Positions 1 to 10,978 of a stretch of 32,000 nucleotides of DNA are shown here, in pieces (position 1 is the first letter of the stretch; each line of letters starts with the position of its first letter). The position numbers and the translations under genes were made by a program. The stretch is from Saccharicrinis sp. UBA6048 (GTDB lineage Bacteria; Bacteroidota; Bacteroidia; Bacteroidales; Marinilabiliaceae). The notes under the pieces were generated by a model. That model did no database searches. It had not been told where the DNA came from and was given only the letters and a program-made list of their open reading frames with translations. The stretch spans positions 1 through 32,000 of the forward strand of contig DIYS01000015.1 of the NCBI GenBank assembly GCA_002429115.1. The letters are read 5' to 3'.

Positions 1-1900
1 CATCCGCTGAAAGTAAAGTATTATAGAATCCTGCCGCTCTGGTCATATCACGTGGCACACATACATAAACCCCACGGATTGAATTAATAACCATGCTCAA
101 TGGCGAGCCACTGTGCCAGATTCCTTCCAGTCGATGCCCTCTTGTGCGTACAATAACTGGCGCTTTTTGCCCATTTTTAGTGCGGTAGCGTGTGGTTGCC
201 AGGTCATCACTCATAGTTTGAAGTGCATACAAGAGGTAGTCGAAATATTGAATCTCAGCAATCGGACGTAATCCTCGTAAGGCCAAACCTATTCCTTTTC
301 CTAATATCGTTGTCTCACGTATTCCGGTATCACGCACACGAAGGTCGCCGTACTTTTCCTGCATACCCTCAAGTGTCTGGTTAACGCCTCCAAGGTAGCC
401 GGTGTCTTCACCAAATGTTACCACTTTAGGGTTATTGGCAAATATGTGATCAAAGTTATCGCGTAAAATTTCACGACCCGGAACCGTTTTTGAATTATCA
501 TCAAACAATGGAAGCTCTTCTGCCACCTTAAGGGCTGAGTTATCGTCCTCGGCATACAACCATTTACTGTAATTTTCCCAACCTTTTTCCTGGTATACTT
601 TCACCCATGCCTTGAGGCGTGATTTCATACTATTGGGCTTCTCACAAGCTGCGCAATAATGACGAAGCACCTGACGAGCAGCGCTCAATATTTCTTTCCT
701 GCCTAGTGATAATGAAGATTTCAGGCTATTGACGATACCATCAATTTTATCCTGTTTAATATCACTACACAAACATTCTTTTTGCGTAATAATGGCCAAC
801 AGTTCGTCACGCTCAGCTTTAAAGGCATCAGTGTAATCTTTAAACGCTTCCTTTTGCGCAGCCTTTACCTCAACAGCAGCTTCATCTTCAATTGCATCCA
901 ATTCAGAAGCATCAGCCAGATTGCTACTGATAAGCCATTGTCGCATTTGTGCAATACAATCATACTCATTTTCCCATTCCAATCGCTCACTGTTTTTATA
1001 TCGTTCGTGCGATCCACTGGTTGAGTGACCAATTGGTTGCGTCAGCTCCTCAATATGAAATAATACAGGCACATGTTCTTCCCTGCATCGTTTAATACCT
1101 TCTTCATACATCTGGCAAAGACCCGCATAATCCCAACCTTTGCCTTTGTATATTAGCATCCCGGTTTTGTCGCGAGCGCCTTTTTCAAAGCCTTTCAATG
1201 CTTTACTTATGCTCTCCTTAGTGGTCTGAAACTTTTTTGGTACAGAAATACCGTAGCCATCATCCCACACGGATACCGCCAACGGAATTTGTAATACCCC
1301 GGCGGCATTTAAGGTTTCAAAAAAATGCCCCTCTGATGTACTGGCATCTCCAATGGTTCCAAAGGCTACTTCGTTACCTTTTCGGCTAAATTGCTCATAC
1401 TGGTGTAATTCTGAATTATTTCGATAAAGTTTGGATGCCATGGCTAATCCTACTAAACGAGGCATCTGACCGGCTGTAGGTGAAATATCAGATGAGGTAC
1501 ATTTCATATCGGCCAGATTTTTCCAGTTGCCAGCCTCATCAATCAGGCGTGTACCAAAATGGTTATTGAATGAGCGTCCGCCATTATCCGGGTTAAGCTC
1601 TGTACGCGTTTCGCCATATAATTGTGCAAAAAACTCTTTGGGCGTCATCATGCCTGCAGCCAAAATAAAGGTTTGATCACGGTAATAACCTGATCGCCAA
1701 TCTCCATTTTTAAACTGCTTGGCCATTGCTATTTGAGGGATTTCTTTTCCATCGCCAAAAATTCCAAACTTTGCCTTTCCTCCTAACACTTCTTTACGAG
1801 CCATTAAACTCATATTTCTGCTCACACAGGCAATCCTATAATCGGCAATTACTTCTTTTTTAAACTCAGCAAAGCTGAGCTCGCTTTCATTTAAAGACAT
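1..1900 (-). CDS. TPP-dependent 2-oxoacid dehydrogenase E1 component, fused alpha/beta subunits (partial; C-terminal end runs off the window start)
   Basis: Absent from the supplied ORF track because the frame is open to the window edge. My own minus-strand translation from the ATG at 1900-1898 gives MSLNESELSFAEFKKEVIADYRIACVSRNMSLMARKEVLGGKAKFGIFGDGKE. Spot checks in the same frame give PKVVTFGEDTGYL (about 391-430), QEKYGDLRVRDTGIRE (about 314-361) and CVPRDMT (41-61). These indicate an E1-alpha TPP domain followed by an E1-beta/transketolase-like domain. Confidence 0.8.
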   Translation of the reverse strand, partial: MSLNESELSFAEFKKEVIADYRIACVSRNMSLMARKEVLGGKAKFGIFGDGKEIPQIAMAKQFKNGDWRSGYYRDQTFILAAGMMTPKEFFAQLYGETRTELNPDNGGRSFNNHFGTRLIDEAGNWKNLADMKCTSSDISPTAGQMPRLVGLAMASKLYRNNSELHQYEQFSRKGNEVAFGTIGDASTSEGHFFETLNAAGVLQIPLAVSVWDDGYGISVPKKFQTTKESISKALKGFEKGARDKTGMLIYKGKGWDYAGLCQMYEEGIKRCREEHVPVLFHIEELTQPIGHSTSGSHERYKNSERLEWENEYDCIAQMRQWLISSNLADASELDAIEDEAAVEVKAAQKEAFKDYTDAFKAERDELLAIITQKECLCSDIKQDKIDGIVNSLKSSLSLGRKEILSAARQVLRHYCAACEKPNSMKSRLKAWVKVYQEKGWENYSKWLYAEDDNSALKVAEELPLFDDNSKTVPGREILRDNFDHIFANNPKVVTFGEDTGYLGGVNQTLEGMQEKYGDLRVRDTGIRETTILGKGIGLALRGLRPIAEIQYFDYLLYALQTMSDDLATTRYRTKNGQKAPVIVRTRGHRLEGIWHSGSPLSMVINSIRGVYVCVPRDMTRAAGFYNTLLSAD

Positions 1901-2119
1901 ATAAATGTGTTTAACTTTTTTAGTTGCTAGGCACAAATTTACTAAGAATGTGCCATTATCAATCGGGCAACTATCAAACATATAAGAAACACCTTTTGTT
2001 TGGTGAGAATGTACTTTTAGAAAATAAAGAGCTCTTTATCTTATTATTACTTGTGTGATTAGCTTACTTATTGATATCGTTAATTTTTTGATCGACATTT
2101 ATAACAAACATTGTATCAT

Positions 2120-2782
2120 ATGAGCCATGAGTTTTATAATTCTGTTGAGTCGGAATTGAATTTCTATAAGCAATTACTAAATAAACTACCTGCATCGGTT
2201 CATATACTTGAGGTCAATGATAATTACGAAACTATGCTGCGATGGGCTACTGATAACTATGTGAATTTCACAGGCATTTCATTGAACGAGCGTGCTGAAC
2301 TAGGTTTTGCCAATCCATACGATTATTATCATCCGGACGACGCCGAATCGGTTATAAAAGGCACCAGGTATATCATAGAAGGTCAAGGTGAAGAAGCCTC
2401 CTTCTTTTGCCGAATGCTCAATGAGTATCAGTCTGGTTGGGTGTTTATTAAGATCAAACCGTTTAAGACTGTCGACTCCAGAAAATTTATTATTTGTCTG
2501 GCTTTTCCAACTAAGGATGAAAACAAATTTGCCAGCCATAAATTTGACACCTATGTGCAGGAGATTGCCCGGTTGAAAAACCAGATTAAAATTAATAAGT
2601 TGTCAAAAACGGAGTGTCACGTATTCAAACTCTTAGCACAAGGTTTAAGTACGAAGGAAGTAGCTACAAAACTTAACCGTAGCTTTAACACAATTAATAA
2701 CCATCGGCGCTCAATATTTAACAAGCTGGGTATCCACAAGATATCCGAGGCTGTAGCACTGGCAAAAGAATGTGGCATATAA
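2120..2782 (+). CDS. PAS-like sensor / LuxR-family (HTH) transcriptional regulator, paralog 1
   Basis: The ORF track frame is 2111-2782 with a TTG start; the ATG at 2120 (MSHEF) is more likely. The C-terminus LSKTECHVFKLLAQGLSTKEVATKLNRSFNTINNHRRSIFNKLGIHKISEAV is a LuxR/GerE-type HTH. The N-terminal ~140 aa look PAS-like (LPASVHILEVN...WATDNYVNFTGISLNER). Confidence 0.8.
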   Translation: MSHEFYNSVESELNFYKQLLNKLPASVHILEVNDNYETMLRWATDNYVNFTGISLNERAELGFANPYDYYHPDDAESVIKGTRYIIEGQGEEASFFCRMLNEYQSGWVFIKIKPFKTVDSRKFIICLAFPTKDENKFASHKFDTYVQEIARLKNQIKINKLSKTECHVFKLLAQGLSTKEVATKLNRSFNTINNHRRSIFNKLGIHKISEAVALAKECGI

Positions 2783-2794
2783 TCGCTGTGAATT

Positions 2795-3448
2795 ATGTAT
2801 CAAATAAAATCCGATCAAGACTTTTATCTCAAGCTATTAAATACGCTTCCTGCATCCATACATGTGTTGGAAATAAACAATCAGCTTGATGCGTCAGTTA
2901 TTTGGGCCAATAAGAATTATGAAGAAACCACCGGCATAACGCTTAGCGAAAGGGAAAAAATTGGCTTTCTGGATCAATCAAATGTTTTTAATAAAGATGA
3001 TAGTAAAGAGATAAAAGCAGCTTTTCGTCGTTTTATCAATAATGAGCATAAAAAAGAATCAATTATTGCCCGTTTTAAGGTGAGTTTCACAGATGAAAAA
3101 TGGTGCTATATCAGATCTCAGAAAATAGATCTGATACCTGGAAAAACCCATATTATCAGTATCCTGTTTACACTCGAAGATGGGCTGGTGGTTAATCCGA
3201 ATAAGCTGGACTACTATATTAACGAAAACAAAAGACTGCGAAATCAACTCAAACTCTCATCACTGACCAAAGCAGAAAAAAACGTGTTGCACCTATTGGG
3301 CAAAGGATTATCTACAAAAGAGACTGCCAATTACTTATGTCGAAGTTTTAATACGATTAATAATCATCGTCGATCAATATTTGTCAAACTGAATTTCCAC
3401 AAAATATCGGAATTAGTTGCATTCACAAAAGATGTGGGTTTAGTATAA
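2795..3448 (+). CDS. PAS-like sensor / LuxR-family (HTH) transcriptional regulator, paralog 2
   Basis: It has the same architecture as the upstream gene and aligns with it over its length (FYLKLLNTLPASIHVLEINN, WANKNYEETTGITLSERE, LTKAEKNVLHLLGKGLSTKETANYLCRSFNTINNHRRSIFVKLNFHKISELV). It starts 12 nt after the stop of paralog 1. Confidence 0.8.
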   Translation: MYQIKSDQDFYLKLLNTLPASIHVLEINNQLDASVIWANKNYEETTGITLSEREKIGFLDQSNVFNKDDSKEIKAAFRRFINNEHKKESIIARFKVSFTDEKWCYIRSQKIDLIPGKTHIISILFTLEDGLVVNPNKLDYYINENKRLRNQLKLSSLTKAEKNVLHLLGKGLSTKETANYLCRSFNTINNHRRSIFVKLNFHKISELVAFTKDVGLV

Positions 3449-3562
3449 GCTATACTGAATATCCTAACCTGGACACGCCAGAAAAGTATCAAGAATCAAG
3501 ATTTAAGTATCAAGACTATTTACAAGATGCAAACAATATTCTGCCAAATTAAACACTGCTTG

Positions 3563-3579
3563 CCCCGAGTTTCTCGGGG
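3563..3579 (+). other. Short GC hairpin (CCCCGAG-TTT-CTCGGGG) downstream of the LuxR pair
   Basis: Perfect 7-bp stem with a 3-nt loop, read directly. There is no adjacent T-tract, so a terminator role is uncertain. Confidence 0.4.
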
Positions 3580-3754
3580 AATATCATTGATAAGATACTA
3601 ATACATACATTTCCCGATTTATTGATCTTTTATTCCTAAAATGACATATTTGTGTCATTGATCAATTTTCTATCCACCACTAATTTTGCTCAAAGATGTT
3701 ACAAACCTATGAGTAGATAGACTAATAATGTGGTGATTATGAAAATTTGAGCAG

Positions 3755-5083
3755 ATGAAATATTCCATCCTAATTTTATTGCTGGTTGTAAGCATAAGTA
3801 TGCGATCGCAGGAGCCTATTTTAAGCATGATGAAGATGGTTCCCCAAGTGCAGCGGATAAATCCGGCCCTCTACAATGATAGTTTGAATTACATTAGTCT
3901 TCCGGGAATCAGTAATTTCAATTTTGAGCTTGAAGCACAAGGTCTCAAACTCAACGATGTAAGCAATAGTTTGTATGATAATGATGATGCCGCAGCCATT
4001 TGGGATGATTTAGCGGAATCGCTTAGTAGTAATAATTCAATCGCCTTTAATGCCAAAACAACCATTTTAGGCTTAGGAATTAAAATTAAAAATGGGTTTT
4101 TCTCGTTTGAAGCTATCCACAGAACATCTGGTCAGATTCAGTTCTCCAATTCCTTTGCCGACTTACGGTATATCCAGTCTGATTTTGTTATTCCTTCCGG
4201 AGAAATTAATAGTCAACCAGAACTAGAAATCGATGCATTAAGCTACAACGAATACAAGTTTGGCTACGCACACCAAATAACTCCTAAACTAAGAGTTGGC
4301 GCTTCTTTTAAATTCTTAAGTGGCATCAGCTATGTTGATTCAGAAGACATGGGTATTGACATTCAATACAATGAAGAGACAGGAGGTCTTATACAGACCA
4401 AAGGTCAGTTGGCCATCTCTGGTCCTTTTGATTATAGTCATAATAATAACCATAGTGTCAATGACATTTCATTCAAAAACAATCTATCGGTTAATGACCT
4501 GCTCATAACCAACAATACAGGATTAGCGTTTGATTTTGGCGCTAATTACGACATCACTGATAAACTAAACATCAATGTGGCCATCACTGAAATCGGATCT
4601 ATCAAATGGAAATCGTATAACTTATACGAATCGAACCAGACGTTTGTATTGGATCAAAACACAGTACTACAAGGAACTAATATGGGAAGTTTTATGGCCG
4701 ACTCATTGAGTAAAGCCCTTGAACTTAAAGTTGAAAACACAAGTAAAAAACAAAAACTAAACACGACACTAAATACCAATATTAACTACCAATTACTAAA
4801 ATGGTTAAAACTTGGGGTTAATTACTCGTCTACATCTGTATACGATGATCGTCATAATCAGATGACGTTTATGGCTGATTTTTCTAGAAAAGAATTTTCA
4901 GCTTTCATCATCGGTTACAGCATATCCAACATTAATGGTAATTCGCTCAACCTGGGTACTTCGGCCAGGCTATTAAAAGTGATTCAATTCTATGCCTTTG
5001 CCGATAAGATGGAAAATATGTTTAAAGATAGTTCCGAAGTCTCATCATTAAGTATCAGGGGCGGAATTAATGTCGTCTTTTAG
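3755..5083 (+). CDS. Putative outer-membrane beta-barrel protein (hypothetical; possibly DUF5723/TraF-like)
   Basis: N-terminal signal peptide MKYSILILLLVVSISMRSQ. The body is rich in alternating beta-strand-like segments with G/N/S/Y. The C-terminus GGINVVF ends in an aromatic residue, as is typical of OM barrels. The family name is a guess from memory. Confidence 0.55.
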   Translation: MKYSILILLLVVSISMRSQEPILSMMKMVPQVQRINPALYNDSLNYISLPGISNFNFELEAQGLKLNDVSNSLYDNDDAAAIWDDLAESLSSNNSIAFNAKTTILGLGIKIKNGFFSFEAIHRTSGQIQFSNSFADLRYIQSDFVIPSGEINSQPELEIDALSYNEYKFGYAHQITPKLRVGASFKFLSGISYVDSEDMGIDIQYNEETGGLIQTKGQLAISGPFDYSHNNNHSVNDISFKNNLSVNDLLITNNTGLAFDFGANYDITDKLNINVAITEIGSIKWKSYNLYESNQTFVLDQNTVLQGTNMGSFMADSLSKALELKVENTSKKQKLNTTLNTNINYQLLKWLKLGVNYSSTSVYDDRHNQMTFMADFSRKEFSAFIIGYSISNINGNSLNLGTSARLLKVIQFYAFADKMENMFKDSSEVSSLSIRGGINVVF

Positions 5084-5168
5084 AATATCAGACATACTCA
5101 ACATTCAGTCTGAGTTCGATATTATGTTTCGAATCAGGTTATTAAATAAACAAATAATACTACCAGCC

Positions 5169-5984
5169 CTATTTTTTAACCAAACCTATAACCCTAACTA
5201 ATAACTCTTTGAAATTAGAAGCATCTTCATAAAATGGAACATGACCACAGTGAGGTATTACATGCACCTCACCTCCCAAAAGCGGAATATCAATATTAGT
5301 CACCTCATCAAGATTGTAAAGAAGTTCTTTGCCGCCATAAATCATAGCAGTAGGAACCGAATTTTGATTAATCAGCTCAAACTGATCCGTATAGCTTTGA
5401 TCTTCTATTTCTTTAGCCAGGTATTCACGTGTTAAAGGATCAGATTTTATTAGTTGCTGTTTGAAATAATCATCTGGTGGAAAATCCGGTGCATACATGG
5501 CCGCATTCATCTTATCAATATCTGAAGCTGTGATATCAGGCTTGAAAAACAAAGGGAAAACCGGACTTGGTAAAAACACAGACATATTCAAGGGTTTCGA
5601 AGCAGGATATGAACAGGTTAAAACAATGCCTTTAATTTCAATCTCACATTTCAATAATTCAATGGCAATGTTACCTCCTAAGCTATGTCCAACAACTATA
5701 ACATCAGTAATTTCATTCTTTTTACAAAAGACAGCTAATTTTTTTGCTTGCTCAGATATTACATAGTCCTTTTCCGGATCGTTTGAAAAGTCAGAATCAC
5801 CATAACCTATCAGATCAGGCGCATACATCGTAAACTCTCTTTGTAATTGTGAATCATTTAATTGTTTTAAGAAGGAGTCAGAATCTAACGAGTTTCCGTG
5901 CAAAAAGAGCAAATTAGTATTTCCTTCTCCTGCTTTATAACAGGCCATTGATAAGCCATTTACTTCAACCTTGTGCTTTTCCAT
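5169..5984 (-). CDS. Alpha/beta-fold hydrolase
   Basis: Oxyanion-hole motif LFLHGNS, nucleophile elbow GHSLGG and a C-terminal catalytic His context PHCGHVPF. Length 271 aa. Confidence 0.8.
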   Translation of the reverse strand: MEKHKVEVNGLSMACYKAGEGNTNLLFLHGNSLDSDSFLKQLNDSQLQREFTMYAPDLIGYGDSDFSNDPEKDYVISEQAKKLAVFCKKNEITDVIVVGHSLGGNIAIELLKCEIEIKGIVLTCSYPASKPLNMSVFLPSPVFPLFFKPDITASDIDKMNAAMYAPDFPPDDYFKQQLIKSDPLTREYLAKEIEDQSYTDQFELINQNSVPTAMIYGGKELLYNLDEVTNIDIPLLGGEVHVIPHCGHVPFYEDASNFKELLVRVIGLVKK

Positions 5985-6101
5985 CTTTCCTTATCTAAAT
6001 TACACCTAAGAGACAATCAAACTTTTCAATCTATTGCTTTGTTTTCCTATAAACCTGTTTCCAAAAATTTACGTCGAAATCAGGTTATAAACAAATTTTA
6101 G

Positions 6102-6109
6102 TACTTTTG
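6102..6109 (+). promoter_or_regulatory. Candidate Bacteroidota -7 promoter box TACTTTTG (TAnnTTTG)
   Basis: Exact match to the TAnnTTTG consensus, 26 nt upstream of the ATG at 6135. Confidence 0.4.
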
Positions 6110-6134
6110 TACCGAAATAAAAAAGGGAAAGCAT

Positions 6135-6377
6135 ATGTGGCCTGTATTATTATTGAGTATTGTATTAATGGGGATTGTTTTTGTACTGATGGCTATCAGA
6201 ATCATTTTACAGAAAAACGGCAAATTCCCAAACTCCCATATCGGTGGAAATAAAGCGCTTAACGAGAAGGGTATTACCTGTGCAACCACACAAGATAAGC
6301 TGGCCAGAAAAGAAGCTTTCAAGATTAAGCCCTTAAAACTGGATGGGGAATATGAGAGTAGAACAACCAGCTGCTAA
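6135..6377 (+). CDS. Small single-pass membrane protein (80 aa), hypothetical; candidate NqrM-like Na+-NQR maturation factor
   Basis: N-terminal TM helix WPVLLLSIVLMGIVFVLMAIRIIL is followed by KNGKFPNSHIGGNKALNEKGITCATTQDK. A -7-like box lies upstream and a stem-loop (6381-6414) lies downstream. The gene is convergent with apbE. The link to NqrM is inference only. Confidence 0.55.
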   Translation: MWPVLLLSIVLMGIVFVLMAIRIILQKNGKFPNSHIGGNKALNEKGITCATTQDKLARKEAFKIKPLKLDGEYESRTTSC

Positions 6378-6380
6378 AAT

Positions 6381-6414
6381 AAAAGAGGATTTCCCCGAAA
6401 CGAACTCCTCTTTT
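6381..6414 (+). terminator. Stem-loop after the small membrane-protein ORF
   Basis: AAAAGAGGA (6381-6389) pairs perfectly with TCCTCTTTT (6406-6414) across a 16-nt loop, and the right arm ends in TTTT. Confidence 0.5.
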
Positions 6415-6569
6415 ACATTCATTCTACCCAAACCCAACACTCTAATTTCATAAACAATACTTTCACTTACCACATTCATAGTCAAGCATATTGCCCTCCA
6501 TTCTAAGATGCAAGTTAAGACCGTAAAAGTGACTTGTCAAGGTGAGTTTCAGGAAGATATTCTGTGCGA

Positions 6570-7568
6570 TTACTCTATAATCGTCTGCTTAAACCCTTCA
6601 GTAAATCGAATTTCAAAAGTTTCGGCATCGCCATCTAAAATAAAGTAGGCCTCCAGATCATTATTGGCTTGGGCAATAGCCATGCTCTTTTCGTAACCAA
6701 GCACCATAAATGCAGTGGCATAAGCATCGGCTGTCATGCAATCGGGCGCCAGCACCGATACACCAAGCAGCTGATGTTCTACCGGATAACCCGTAAACGG
6801 ACTGATGGTATGCGCGTACTTTTTTCCTCCTTTGATATAAAAATTTCGATAATTACCTGAAGAGGCCAGTGCCGTATTCGAGATACCAATTATTTCCTGC
6901 AACTCACGATTTTGCACAACAGGATCATCAATTGGTTTATCAATACCAACACGCCAGTTCGTTTTCTTTTGGTTCACGCCTTTCACTCGCATCTCACCAC
7001 CAATTTCCACCATGTAATTTTCAACATTGAATGTTTCGAGCAAATCAGCCACAACATCCACAGCAAATCCTTTTGCTATGGCACTGCCATCCAGCATTAT
7101 CTCGGGTTTATTTTTCACAATGAGATCATTTTCCAGCCTTACCATATCCATTCCCACATAAGGCATTATTGAATCGATTATCGCCTGAGTAACACTATCT
7201 TTTTTCGAAAAACCAAAACCCCAGGCATTCACCAAAGGTGCCACCGTCATATCAAAAGCTCCGCCGGTAGCAGCCGTAATTTCTTTCGCCCGCTTAAATA
7301 CTTGCCGAAAATACGCATCCGTTTCGTTTGAGGTATTTCGATTAATCTTACTAATGGTTGATGTTTCCTTGTAAGTTGACATGGACCAGTCAAAGGCATT
7401 TAAGGTAGTTCGTATGGTATCAGATAAATCCTCTGCACTTTCATAAGTCATGTGGTAGATGGTACCAAAAATAAGCCCTTCTGTGCGTATGTATTCCTTC
7501 TTAGGCTGACAGGAAATTGATGAAATTATAACAAGAGCAACTAATGCAATGCGCGTATATTGTTTCAT
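6570..7568 (-). CDS. apbE: FAD:protein FMN transferase (ApbE family), lipoprotein
   Basis: Lipobox-like signal ending ...VIISSISC. ApbE-like motifs include FDMTVAPLVNAWGFG, LDGSAIAKGFAVD, GGEMRVKG, ALASSGNYRNF, AHTISPFTGYP and DAYATAFMVLG. Confidence 0.9.
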   Translation of the reverse strand: MKQYTRIALVALVIISSISCQPKKEYIRTEGLIFGTIYHMTYESAEDLSDTIRTTLNAFDWSMSTYKETSTISKINRNTSNETDAYFRQVFKRAKEITAATGGAFDMTVAPLVNAWGFGFSKKDSVTQAIIDSIMPYVGMDMVRLENDLIVKNKPEIMLDGSAIAKGFAVDVVADLLETFNVENYMVEIGGEMRVKGVNQKKTNWRVGIDKPIDDPVVQNRELQEIIGISNTALASSGNYRNFYIKGGKKYAHTISPFTGYPVEHQLLGVSVLAPDCMTADAYATAFMVLGYEKSMAIAQANNDLEAYFILDGDAETFEIRFTEGFKQTIIE

Positions 7569-7662
7569 TTGAGAATCTTTTTTGGCAAAGGTGAGAAATC
7601 AGGCTCTAATACCAAAATTACATTGAAGTTAGCGTTATTATTTTGGTATAATTATGAAATAG

Positions 7663-7711
7663 AAAGGATCGTATCTTTATTTGTGGGCTGCAAATAAAGA
7701 TACGATCCTTT
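7663..7711. repeat. Perfect 21-bp-stem hairpin element, copy 1 (AAAGGATCGTATCTTTATTTG / 7-nt loop / CAAATAAAGATACGATCCTTT)
   Basis: Read directly: left arm 7663-7683, loop 7684-7690, right arm 7691-7711. It lies 27 nt after the lacZ-like stop and 95 nt before the apbE start. A second copy is at 14929-14975. Confidence 0.85.
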
Positions 7712-7737
7712 GATTCTTAGTCTATAAAAACAAGTGA

Positions 7738-10950
<3,213 letters not shown>

Positions 10951-10978
10951 CTATTTTTTTACCAATTGATTTAATCTT

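Noticed and set aside
782-1024. 80-aa plus-strand ORF (the only track ORF in the first 2 kb)
   Set aside because: It is antisense to the E1 dehydrogenase gene, which I translated on the minus strand and which occupies 1-1900 continuously.
2300-3247. Short ORFs (62-79 aa) on both strands inside the LuxR paralogs
   Set aside because: They are nested within well-supported regulator genes and have no motifs.
6098-6322. 74-aa minus-strand ORF overlapping the small membrane-protein gene
   Set aside because: The plus-strand frame has a clean TM helix, a TAnnTTTG box upstream and a stem-loop downstream. The minus-strand frame has none of these.
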